Assembly: GCA_951406725.2 (NCBI GenBank)
Contig: OX597825.1
Coordinates: 45,942,001-46,006,000 of the forward strand
Length of the DNA: 64,000 bases
Origin: Octopus vulgaris
Taxonomy: Eukaryota
Direction of reading: 5' to 3'
Under the pieces are notes generated by a model. The model was not told the origin of the DNA and made no database searches. It saw only the letters and a program-made list of their open reading frames with translations. Of this stretch, positions 52,737 through 64,000 are shown piece by piece (the first letter of the stretch is position 1; every line of letters begins with the position of its first letter). The translations under genes were made by a program, and so were the position numbers.

Positions 52737-53640
52737 ATAATACGAAATGAGAAGCTGGTTGAGACTGTATAGATGTGCAGCAAGAACATAGGAATTGAAT
52801 TTGGGATCCCAAAGTGTGCAGTGCTCACTTTGAAATGAGTGAAAAGAGCAGATTGTAGAATTGCTAAATGGGGAGCAAATGAGAGCTCTAGATGATGGTG
52901 GAAGTACCTTGGGTTCTTGGAGCTGGACAATATTTTGCACAGAGAAGTCAATATTCAATGCAAAGCCTAATTGTTACTGCCCAGGACCAGGCATTGAATA
53001 TCAACTCAGTGAAAAGGGAGATGTATACCACACAAATGAATCTATGAATCTATGCAAAATGTGTGGGAAGAAGGTCAAAAGTATGACTCACATTGTTAGT
53101 GCTTGTGAAAGTTTTGTTCTGAAAGAGTACAAACATAGACATGACAAGGTAGCCCAAAACATTCACTGATTACTATACTAGAAGTATGGATACGAGATAA
53201 TGGGTGATTGGTACCAACATACACCAGAAAAGGTAATGGATGAAAATGGGAAGGCAAAGGTCCTCTGAGACTTTGACTTCCAGCTAGACAAGGTGTTAGA
53301 GTGCCAAAAGCCAGATATTGTAGCCTTTAGGAACCATAAGCAAGAGTGCCTAATAATTGATGTGGCAATGCCAGAAGGTCAACATATTATCATGAAAGAA
53401 AGAAAAAGTCAACAAATATGGAGAGCTAAAACTTGAGATTGCCAATATGTGGAGGCTGTGAGAGTCAAGTGTAAAAGCTGTTCCTGTTGTCATTAGAGTA
53501 CTGGATTTAATACCAGCCAGCCTGAAGAAACAGGTGGACATTTTAGAAATACCCTACAATCTTGGTGTATTGGAACAACATGCATACTGTGTCAAGTACT
53601 GTCTGTCTGAGGTCATTATTGTGACTTGACAGATAGTACA
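52737..53640 (+). mobile_element. R4/Dong-like LINE fragments
   Basis: CKMC....SMTHIVSAC....KEYKHRHDKVA, KPDIV. Confidence 0.8.
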
Positions 53641-53955
53641 AATCCCTGGTGTACACAATATCTTCAATCTATAACATCACAATATTGGATGTTGTGCACA
53701 ATATTGGATACTTTAATAATAATAATACAATAATCTTTTCTACTATAGGCACAAGACCTGACATTTTGGGAAGTGAGCAAGTTGATTACATTGACCCCAA
53801 TTCTCAACTGGTACTTATTTTATCGGCCCCAAAATAATGAAAAGCAAAGCTGATTTTGTAATATTTGAACTCAGTAAAGATAGACAAAACATCATTAAGC
53901 ACTTTGTCCAGTGTTGCTAATGCTTCTGCCAGCTCACTGCCTTAATATTAATAAT

Positions 53956-54425
53956 AACAAGAGCACTCAAAGAGTGCAAACTTCTGCCAAAACAACAACA
54001 ATGTCCTCTCAACGATTAGCCAGAGATGATTTTTAAAATGAACTCAACTGCTCTCACAAATGAAAATACTAAAAATGAACCTGACTGCTCTCAAAAATTA
54101 AGTAAAAAAACTGGAAAAATAATCCAGTATCCTTGTCTGGTACCTGATCGATCCCAATAGTAGTCATAGAATGTGAAGGTGGCTGTAAAAAATTTAGTAT
54201 CAGAAATAGAAGCGAAAGTTAACAAATTCACCATTCAAAATAGTTACAGAAAAACTTGAAAACTTGTAAGATCATAATCATGTAAAGTAAATATAACAAA
54301 TAATCCAGAATCCTTGTCTGGTTCGGGATTGATCCCAAAGTCTAATCAGTTTGTGCCAAACATCCCTGAAAGTTTCATTCAAATCCATCCAGCAGTTCTT
54401 GATATATCTTGTCGGCAGACAACTA
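53956..54425 (+). mobile_element. Possible Helentron-associated non-autonomous element
   Basis: aacaagagcactc start, repeated aatccag.atccttgtctgg, and a gaaagtttcattcaaatccatcc...cagacaaac end. Confidence 0.4.
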
Positions 54426-54789
54426 GCAAATTGGAAAGGATCTGGCCTGGATGGAGAACTTTACACAGTTGCATGAAAGGATTGCTGCACAACTGGATGA
54501 ATGCATGCAGCATAGCCACATTCCTACCTGGATGACAAGTGGATGAGTGATGAAAGGTAACTTAGAACCAAATCTTTTACCAATAACATGTTTACCACTT
54601 ATGTGGAAGCTTATGACTGGTGTCTAGGTGGAAAAGCTATATAATCATCTGGAAAGGAGCAATCTATTTCCAGAAGAGCAGAAAGGATGCAAGAAATGAA
54701 GTAGGGCAACAAAAGATCACTCAATAGTTGATAAAGTGATAATTAGAAATTGTAGGTGCAGAATGATTGGGTTTTTAGTTTTTACTTGT

Positions 54790-55180
54790 TCTAATCCATG
54801 TAATGGATGTGGAGGCATACATTTCTGAAAAGACTGTCCATTTAAAAATCAAAAATTTTACAGTTGCAAAAGAATTGGTCACAAGGGTTCACACCAGAAC
54901 AAAGTTACAAAAGTCAAATGTTAAAAATCCTAGAGTGCTCTCAACAGAAACGAAAACTGACTCCCAAATAAGAAAAATTTGTACAAGTAAAAATAAATGG
55001 AATACATATTAAAATTCAATTCGATACTGGAAGTGATATTTCAATAATAAATATGGAAGAAAATAGAGAAACCTATGTTGAGAAAAACAGCAAAATCTGC
55101 TCATAGCAACAAATTACATTTCATAGGCAAAATGTGGACTAATATCACATTTCAAGGGAAACCATGCAAGGTTGCATTTT
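54790..55180 (+). mobile_element. Ty3/gypsy gag zinc-knuckle and protease fragment
   Basis: CNGCGGIH..KDC, CKRIGH, IQFDTGSDISII. Confidence 0.75.
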
Positions 55181-55335
55181 TAACAACAAATACTTATTTA
55201 TTTTACCAACCCAGAAGAATGAAGAGCAAAGAATTTGAACTCAGAATGTAAAGACATGAAATGCTATTAAACATTTTGCCTGGGTGCTAATGATTCTGAC
55301 AGCTCACTGCCATAATAATAATAATAATAATGATG

Positions 55336-55419
<84 letters not shown>

Positions 55420-55879
55420 GCTATGCCAACACTGGAAGCTATGCCAACACTGGAAGCTATGCCAACACTGGAAGCTATGCCAACATTATGGTTTGTCTTG
55501 GTATAAAAGATGGCTATAGCACACACTGCAGAATAGGTCACAGATTTGCTTGTCAGTTAACCATATGCCCTGATGCAGACCAGGCAGTGGTTCTCATGGC
55601 ACAGATCTTAGACTGATTGGAAGTGTTATCATGACCATTGTATTTGTCTTGGTCATAAAGATGGGCTACAGCAAATATTCTGCTCAATACCACAGATTTG
55701 CTTGTCAGTTGTTTGACCATAACCAGTTGAGCATGTCCCTTAGTGACAATGTGCATCTCTGATCACGAGCAGAAGTAGTGGAGATCAACATGTGTTGAGA
55801 GGGATACTTTGGGGTTTGAATAGGTAACCTGGAAACATGGGTGGTTCTTTCAACATCCTTAAACAACCCTATTCAGGGT

Positions 55880-57240
55880 GCATTAGGCATGGGATACTCA
55901 ACCTGAAGACAAATTACTAACTGGCACCAGGACTTACAAACACATATAACATACAGAAAATTGCACTACTAGGCACTGCACACATCCTACACAGAACACT
56001 TTCCATACAATAACCATCAGAGCATCACATCAAATCACAGCGCATACCCAGCGCTCGGTAGTGAAGTGAAAGCACGCTATAAAAATAAAACTACTGAATG
56101 ATAATAATAATAATAATAGTGGGACTTCCCTGTACATGCCAACACTGGAAGCTATGCCAACACTGGAAGCTATGCCAAACTGAAGCTATATTATGGAATA
56201 ACAACAGAAAAAAAGATGGTATAGGCACACACCAGAAAAGGTCACAGAAAACGAGAAAGTAACCATACTCTGGGATATGCCGATACACACAGATAGAGAA
56301 ATTAAGGCCAACAGACCAGATATAGTTGTCAGAGATCATGAAGAAAAAAATGCTTACTAATTGATGTATTAATACCAGCAGATGACAACGTGTCTCTAAA
56401 AGAAATGGAGAAACTTTCAAAATACAAAGACCTGGAAATGGAGGTAACCAGAATGTGGAATCTAAAAACAGAAACAATTCCTATCATAGTAGGTGCATTA
56501 GGCATGATAAAATATTGAGACAAATACATAACAAAAACACCAGGACTTACAAACACATATAACATACAGAAAATTGCACTACTAGGCACTGCACACATCC
56601 TACACAGAACACTTTCCATACAATAACCATCAGAGCATCACATCAAATCACAGCGCATACCCAGCGCTCGGTAGTGAAGTGAAAGCACGCTATAAAAATA
56701 AAACTACTGAATGATAATAATAATAATAATAGTGGGACTTCCCTGTACATACCGACAGAACTATAAAAGCTAATAAACTGGATATTGTCATAAAAGATCA
56801 GACAAAAAGGATGTGTTTGTTAATTGACATGAGTATTCCTTGCGATCACAATATAGCAGCAAAAGAATTTGACAAGATTAGTAAATATAAGGACTTGCTA
56901 ATAGAAATTGAAAAAATGTGGTTGTGGGATCTCTGGGAATGATAAGAAAAGGTACTGAAACTTATTTGAAAATGATACCAGGCTTACCATCCCTACAGGA
57001 AGTGCAAAAGATTGTGTTGACTGGAAAGGCTCATGTACAGACAATAGTATTATCGATGTGAAAACAACATCCATTCATGAATTTATTTATTCATTAATTT
57101 TTTAAATACATATTTTACCTATGAATTTGCGTGTGTAATCTGGGAATGTATACAATGAGCTTCTCTGTCCTAGGTGTACGGAAAACACTCGGCGAGAAAC
57201 GGAAGAAAATTTGAAGAAAGAAGGAAAAATAATAATAATG

Positions 57241-57297
<57 letters not shown>

Positions 57298-57800
57298 GTG
57301 ATAATGATAAAAAAAAATAATAATGATTGAATAGAGAATGCTAGTGAATTCCAATCATGAATAGCCAACAAGGGAGAAGAGATATTACTCAACATGGAAC
57401 TACACAGCCAGTCCCACTGCAAACATAACTACTTAAAGACCAAGAGGCTCAGAAAATATAAAGATTTGTTCAATGAAATTGAGAAAACATGGTATTTCAA
57501 GATGGCTATAATACCAGCAATTGTAAGACCATTAGAAATAATCAAAAAAGAAACTGCAAATTATTTGAGAATGATTCCTGACTCATAGTCCTTGCATGAA
57601 GTGCAAAAAATCCAGAGCTACTGGATGATTTACTGACTGGTTAATGTCAAGAAGCATCAACATATTTTATGTTTACATAACTTTATTTGATTTTGTAAAT
57701 GATCGATCTAATGTGTTTATTTTAGTGGCTTATCAATGTATACAGTGAGTTTTTTTACCCTAGGTGTTGGGAAGACACTCAACAAGAAATGGAAACAACG
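55880..57800 (+). mobile_element. Nest of R4/Dong-like LINE 3' ends separated by (TAA)n
   Basis: TILWDMPIHTDREIKANRPDIVV, KYKDL, KIALLGTAHIL; ~215-bp duplication at 55925-56140 and 56540-56750. Confidence 0.8.
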
Positions 57801-58047
57801 TTGAAGGAAGAAAAACACATAGGAATAATAATAAACCATGACAGAAACTTATTCACACGACCGCAAAACATTTCATCTCAAATCTGGTCTTTCTGTCGCT
57901 TAATCTCTACCCCATCTTTCCTAACTTTCACTCATAGAAACTTATTCACACGACCGCAAAGCATTTCGTCTCAAATCTTGTCTTTCTGCCGCCAAATCTC
58001 ATCCTTCCCAGTGAGCGGTGGCGTTTTCTCCCTCTGTTATCACTATG

Positions 58048-58084
<37 letters not shown>

Positions 58085-58439
58085 GGTGTCGTTGTCTCCC
58101 TCTGTTATCACTATGTCTCTCTCTCTCCCTCTCTCTCTGTATATATTTCACTTGGTTCCATAGGCTTCTGCCTCCTACTCACACCTCCGCACCCCCTCCC
58201 CTATAAAACCCAATGCACGAGCCTTGACCGCCCCTTACTATTCCTTTTCTCCTGGCTGTAACACACGAAACACGAACCTCAGGATGAAAAATATCAGCTA
58301 AGATATATATTTAAGTTTCCGACCTGTTTCCGCCTTTCATTGTTTTTTTTGCAAGTATTATTATCACCATCAAGCCTTATCGTTGTCTTTCGTCTCAAAT
58401 GCTAGCTGAAGCATTTCTCCACAACATATAAACTTTCAC

Positions 58440-61400
58440 TCACAGAAACTTATTCACACGACCGCAAAACATTTCGTCTCAAATCTTGTCTTTCTGCCGC
58501 CAAATCTCATCCTTCTGCCGCCAAATCTCATCCTTCCCAGTGAGCGGTGCCCCGCCCTCCCGCCCCCACCACCTGTACCGGAAGTCCTTATCTCAGCTTG
58601 TCTTCCTTTGCTTTTCTTCCATGAACACCTAATGGCCTTAAGCCAATACCACCCCTTCTATATAAGGTGGTGAAAATACGGCGCAAAACATGATAGTGTA
58701 GTGTAACAGGTCGAACTTAAGACCATTGCTTTGCTTATGAATTCTGCCAAATGCGAGCTTTCTTCTTTTCAGGTACATGACGCCACTGCTCCCCGTCCCT
58801 GGGCCTCTCGGGCCCATACCTTCCACTCCCTCAGGGTGGGCACCCTCAACGTTGGCACACTGAAAGGTAGATCTGGCGAGATAGTTGAGATGCTTGAACG
58901 GAGATGGGTTGATGTATGTTGCATGCAAGAAATAAGGTGGAGAGGAGGATCTGCTAGGTTCCTCACAGGCAAGGAACACAGGTACAAGATTTTCTGGGCA
59001 GGGAACACTGACGGGGTCTGTGGCGTGGGTATACTTATCGCTGAGAAATGGGTAGATAGAGTAATTGAGGTAATCAGAGTAAGTGACAGAATACTTAAGA
59101 TTAGAATAGTGCTTCATAATAGATTAGCAACCATTATATCGGCCTACGCCCCTCAGCCAGGGCTACCCGATGGACAGAAAGACAGTTTCTATGACACCCT
59201 ACTGCAGACCACCCCATTGACGAACGACAGGGACCTTCTCTTTGTGGCTGGTGATTTCAATGGGCATGTTGGACGACATGCTGGGGGCTTCCATGGCGTA
59301 CATGGAGGCTACAGTTATGGTTCCCGCAACGAGGTGGGAACCAGGCTGCTGGAGTTCTGCGATACGAATAGTCTTATGGTTTGCAACACTAACTTCAGGA
59401 AACCGACAAGCCACCTGGTCACCTACCGATCGGGCCGGCATACTAGCCAAATTGACTACATCCTTGCCAGAAAAAGGGAAAGATGGCTGCTTATAAATGC
59501 CAAAACCTTCCCAGGCGAAGAATGCACCCCACAACATAGACTGGTAGTTAGTGACTTTAGGATCAGGACTAAGAGGGCAACTAGAAGACGACCAACATGG
59601 AGAAGAAGGGTCTGGAAGCTTAAAGACCCTGCGAATGGACAGAGATTTAGAGATATGTTACTTGAAGCCTTTGACGAAGGGGGTATAGCTATGCATGGGG
59701 TAGAAGACAACTGGACGCTTCTGAGGGACAACCTGCTGAAAGCCACTGACCAGATCTGTGGCTGGTGCAAAGTCCCCTTAAGACCCAAAATAACTTGGTG
59801 GTGGAACAATATTGTTGACAGGACAATTAGACAAAAGAAACAGGCTTGGAAGGCCTGGAAGAACGGTGGTAGCAGGGAAGTGTATCAGACTGCCAGAAGG
59901 GAAGCTAGGAGACAGGTTTATCTAGCCAGAGGGGAGGCAGATAAGGAAAAATTTGCCAATGTCCTGCGCCGTGAGGATGAAAGACTTGAGGTATTTCGTG
60001 TTGCAAGACAGTGTGTGAGAGAGAATCGTGACGTGGTAGGAGAGAAATGTGTTCACAAAGATGACGGTTCACTTGCGCTAAATGAGGATGCAAAGAGAGA
60101 GGCTTGGAGACGCCACTATGAAAGGTTGCTGAATGAAGAAAATGAATGGGATAAAGAGAGTCTGCCGAATGTCGACCCAACAGAGGGACCAGCAATCCGA
60201 GTTAACAGTTCCTTAGTAGATAAGGCAATTAGAAGCATGAAAACAGGGAAAGCCCCAAGCCCATCAGGAATTACTGCAGAGATGCTCAAAATATCTGGTA
60301 GTGTCGGCTATAGCTTAGTCACCCGTATAGTTAACCAGGTGATACACGAAGGAGTCATACCCAATGACTGGTGTAGCAGCATAATAGTCAACTGCTACAA
60401 AGGTAAAGGCGACGCCTTAGATACAAATAACTACAGGGGCATCAAGCTGCTGGATCAGGTAATGAAGGTTACGGAGAGGGTTATAGCCCAATTAATTAGA
60501 GAGAGAGTTAGCTTAGATGATATGCAGTTTGGGTTCGTGCCAGGGAAAAGTACTACTGATGCTATATTCCTGGTAAGACAGCTGCAGGAGAAATACCTAG
60601 CCAAAGATAAGCCCTTGTACCTGGCTTTTGTTGACTTGGAGAAAGCCTTTGACAGGGTCCCCCGATCCCTTATCTGGTGGTCAATGAGGAAACTAGGGAT
60701 AGATGAATGGTTAGTGAGAGCCATGTACAGAGACGCTGCTAGTAAGGTGAGGGTTGGCAATGAGTACAGTGAAGATTTCCGGGTAGAGGTTGGGGTCCAC
60801 CAAGGTTCAGTCCTCAGTCCTCTCCTATTTATCATAGTCATCCAGGCAATAACGGAGGAATTCAAGACAGGATGCCCCTGGGAGCTCCTCTATGCTGATG
60901 ACCTTGCTCTAATTGCTGAGTCACTATCAGAACTGGAGAAGTTTCAGGTGTGGAGACAAGGATTAGAATCGAAGGGCCTTAGAATCAACCTAGCCAAAAC
61001 CAAAGTCCTAATAAGTAGGAAGGTGGACCAATCACAAACGACTTCAGGTAGATGGCCCTGCTCGATCTGTAAAAAAGGTGTATGTAGAAACTCTATAAGG
61101 CGCACCAAGTGTAAGCTATGGACACATAAGAGGTGCAGCAATGTCAAAGGAAGGCTAACTAGGAAAATAGTTTTTGTCTGTGGCAGATGCTCAGGAGCAA
61201 TAAACACTGGAAATGTGCAGAGACCAACTTCTACCAAGTTCCAGGGAGACAAACTAGAAGTAGTTGATAGCTTCCGCTACCTAGGAGACCAAGTCAGTAG
61301 CGGGGTGGTGGTGCTGAAAGTGTAACTGCTAGAGTAAGAATAGCCTGGGCAAAGTTTAGAGAGCTCTTACCCCTGCTGGTGACAAAAGGCCTCTCGCTCA

Positions 61401-62969
61401 GAGTAAAAGGCAGACTGTATGATGCATGTGTACGTACAGCCATGCTACATGGTAGTGAAACATGGGCCGTGACTGCTGAGGATATGCGTAAGCTCGCAAG
61501 AAATGAAGCCAGTATGCTCCGATGGATGTGTAATGTCAGTGTTCATAATCGTCAGAGTGTAAGTACCTTGAGAGAAAAGTTGAACCTAAGAAGCGTCAGT
61601 TGTGGTGTGCAAGAGAGACGGCTGCGCTGGTATGGTCATGTGACGAGAATGGCTGAAGATAGTTGTGTGCAAAAGTGCTACACCCTAGCAGGTAGTCAGT
61701 CCACCTGTGCATACCTTCCTTCTTGTGACACTTGTGTAGACCTGCTGAGGCAAGTGAAAATCAAAACAAATCAAAATAGATGAACATCAATGGAATTTGT
61801 ATCTTTGTGGTACCAGTGCCGGTGGCACACAAGAAAACCATCCGAACGTGGCCATAGCCAGTACCGCATCGACTGGCCTCCGTGCTGTGGGCAAGTAACA
61901 AATACCATCCGATCGTGGCCGTTCGCCAGCCTCATCTGGCACCTGTGTCAGTGGCACATAAAAACACCATCCGAAGACCCAGCAAGACTAGTCAGGCCAT
62001 AACCCATGGCCCCTACCTGGGACGTAGTCAGTCCACCTGTGCATACCTTCCTTCTTGTGACACTTGTGAAGACCTGTTGAGGCAAGTGAAAATCAAAATC
62101 AAAATCAAATCAAATCAAAACAAATCAAAATAGATGAACATCAATGGAATTTGTATCTTTGTGGTACCAGTGCCGGTGGCACACAAGAAAACCATCCGAA
62201 CGTGGCCGTAGCCAGTACCGCATCGACTGGCCATCATGCTGTGGGCACATAACAAACACCATCCGATCGTGGCCGTTCGCCAGCCTCATCTGGCACATGT
62301 GTCGGTGGCACATGAAAACACCATCCGAAGACCCGGCAAGACTAGTCAGGCCATAACCCGTGGCCCCTACCTGGGACGTAGTCAGTCCACCTGTGCATAC
62401 CTTCCTTCTTGTGACACTTGTGAAGACCTGTTGAGGCAAGTGAAAATCAAATCAAATCAAATCAAATCAAAACAAATCAAAATAGATGAACATCAATGGA
62501 ATTTGTATCTCTGTGGTACCAGTGCCGGTGGCACACAAGAAAACCATCCGAACGTGGCTGTAGCCAGTACCGCATCGACTGACCTCTGTGCTGTGGGCAC
62601 GTAACAAACACCATCCGATCGTGGCTGTTCGCCAGCCTCATCTGGCACCTGTGTCGGTGGCACATAAAAACACCATCCGAGCGTGGCCGTCTGCCAGCCT
62701 CGTCTGGCACCTGTGTCGGTGGCACATAAAAAACACCATCCGAGCATGGCCGTTCGCCAGCCTCGTCTGGCACCTGTGTCGGTGGCACATAAAATCACCC
62801 ACTACACTCTCGGAGTGGTTGGCGTTAGGAAGGGCATCCAGCTGTAGAAACACTGCCAGATCTGACTGGCCTGGTGCAGCCTTTGGGCTCCCCAGACCCC
62901 AGTTGAACCGTCCAACCCATGCTAGCATGGAAAGCGGACGTTAAATGATGATGATGATGATGATGATGA
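58440..62969 (+). mobile_element. Near full-length young RTE LINE with triplicated 3' UTR and (GAT)n tail
   Basis: Long ORF; 3' UTR units start at 61692, 62024 and 62378; tail ~62945-62969. The 5' boundary is uncertain. Confidence 0.88.
58731..61325 (+). CDS. RTE LINE ORF: APE endonuclease + reverse transcriptase + PHD-like finger (frameshift near 61310, continues to ~61690)
   Basis: GTLNV, MQE, SAYAPQ, AGDFNGH, QIDY, QHRLV (APE); FVDLEKAFD, QGSVLSP, YADD (RT). Start codon uncertain. Confidence 0.95.
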   Translation: MLMNSAKCELSSFQVHDATAPRPWASRAHTFHSLRVGTLNVGTLKGRSGEIVEMLERRWVDVCCMQEIRWRGGSARFLTGKEHRYKIFWAGNTDGVCGVGILIAEKWVDRVIEVIRVSDRILKIRIVLHNRLATIISAYAPQPGLPDGQKDSFYDTLLQTTPLTNDRDLLFVAGDFNGHVGRHAGGFHGVHGGYSYGSRNEVGTRLLEFCDTNSLMVCNTNFRKPTSHLVTYRSGRHTSQIDYILARKRERWLLINAKTFPGEECTPQHRLVVSDFRIRTKRATRRRPTWRRRVWKLKDPANGQRFRDMLLEAFDEGGIAMHGVEDNWTLLRDNLLKATDQICGWCKVPLRPKITWWWNNIVDRTIRQKKQAWKAWKNGGSREVYQTARREARRQVYLARGEADKEKFANVLRREDERLEVFRVARQCVRENRDVVGEKCVHKDDGSLALNEDAKREAWRRHYERLLNEENEWDKESLPNVDPTEGPAIRVNSSLVDKAIRSMKTGKAPSPSGITAEMLKISGSVGYSLVTRIVNQVIHEGVIPNDWCSSIIVNCYKGKGDALDTNNYRGIKLLDQVMKVTERVIAQLIRERVSLDDMQFGFVPGKSTTDAIFLVRQLQEKYLAKDKPLYLAFVDLEKAFDRVPRSLIWWSMRKLGIDEWLVRAMYRDAASKVRVGNEYSEDFRVEVGVHQGSVLSPLLFIIVIQAITEEFKTGCPWELLYADDLALIAESLSELEKFQVWRQGLESKGLRINLAKTKVLISRKVDQSQTTSGRWPCSICKKGVCRNSIRRTKCKLWTHKRCSNVKGRLTRKIVFVCGRCSGAINTGNVQRPTSTKFQGDKLEVVDSFRYLGDQVSSGVVVLKV

Positions 62970-63315
62970 ATGAGAGAGAAAGAAAAGAGAGAGGAAGAAA
63001 ACCAGTGAGTGAGAGTGAGATAAAAACAAATGTAACATACATGAACATAAACTTCATGCATCATTTTTATAACTTGAAGGAAAGGGGTGGGTAGATAAGG
63101 TTGATAGTAAATAGAATATGGAGATAAACTGGTAGACAAAAGGACAAGGCAAAACAGAAAGAGTATGAATTAATGTAAATTGAATAGATATAAAGAAACA
63201 AGGCACAAACACAAAGATACAGTTAATGATTATAAATATTATACACAAAAGGTGGGATAAACGTGTACATAAAACAATGTATAAAACATGAAAATTATGC
63301 AGAGAATACATATAT

Positions 63316-63780
63316 CATCATCATCATCATCATTATTGTGTAACGTCCGTTTTCCATGCTGGCATGGGTTGGATGGTTTGACTGGGGACTAGCAAGCCCA
63401 GAGGCTGCATCAGGCTCCAATCTGATATAGCAAGGTTTCTACAGCTGGATGCTCTTCCTAACGCCAACCTCTCCAAGAGTGTAGTGGATGCTTTTTACAT
63501 GCCACTGGAGCCAGTGATGTGGCACTGGCATCAGCCACGTTTGGATGGGGCTTTTTACATGCTACCGGCACAGGAGCCAGTCGGAGTGGGGGGCTGGCAT
63601 CAATCATGTTTAGATGGTGCTTTTTATGTGCCCCCAGCACAGGGAGCCAGTCAGGTGGTACTGCCAATGACCCATGCATAAATGGTGCTTATTGCATGCC
63701 ACCAGTATGGGAACCGGTCAGGCGGTACTGGCATCAGCCACAACTACCATTTCCATTTTGATTTTGATTTGATTCAGATT
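63316..63780 (-). mobile_element. RTE 3' UTR fragment (older subfamily)
   Basis: Same terminal motif and (GAT)n tail. Confidence 0.8.
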
Positions 63781-63881
63781 CTGATATAATAATAAAAAGT
63801 AACAACAAAAGAATGAGACCTTGATATTTGATAAATAGAGGATTATTTATATATGTTATAATTTAGAACAAACAGTAAGTT

Positions 63882-64000
63882 CAGTTCTATATTTAAGAGA
63901 TGAGGAATTATGTACATTATTTACATTCGACGGATATTTGTCCTCATCTTACCCACAGGCATATGGCATTGTGGTTAAAAGCATGGGCTACTAACATCAA
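63882..64000. mobile_element. Another inverted pair of the tRNA/HHR repeat, running off the window
   Basis: Minus-strand tail 63882-63950 joined directly to a plus-strand tRNA-like head from 63951. Confidence 0.8.

Noticed and set aside
59199-61252. Antisense and alternate-frame ORFs over the RTE (also 4968, 14380, 50744)
   Set aside because: Shadow frames of retroelement coding sequence.
62590-62800. Regular ~59-bp repeats resembling a CRISPR array (also 4080-4300, 52240-52510)
   Set aside because: Tandem subrepeats of the RTE 3' UTR with no unique spacers and no cas genes; eukaryotic context.

Overview
Eukaryotic, AT-rich, microsatellite- and transposon-dense DNA. The repeat families and the single host gene suggest an octopus or other coleoid cephalopod (inference). 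The host gene is missed by the ORF track: an 87-aa G-protein gamma subunit (exon 17251-17399 plus exon 47734-47848, 30.3-kb phase-2 GT-AG intron, NPW motif, CAAX box CLLV, K/E-rich N-terminal extension like the squid photoreceptor G-gamma), preceded by a cluster of K50-homeodomain (TAATCC) sites. The rest is mostly mobile DNA: RTE LINEs with a PHD-like finger, R4/Dong-like LINE fragments, Tc1/mariner elements, Ty3/gypsy remnants, SINEs and many Penelope-like (PLE) pieces. The most interesting non-coding signals are hammerhead ribozyme (HHR) motifs: (i) a ~535-bp tandem plus inverted array whose units carry a type I HHR (37226-39414), and (ii) a PLE terminal repeat built as tRNA-like Pol III head + (AAT)n + HHR, which also occurs as protein-free palindromic and solo insertions, one with a 16-bp target-site duplication. 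Boundaries of decayed elements are approximate; all calls were made by eye with no database search.
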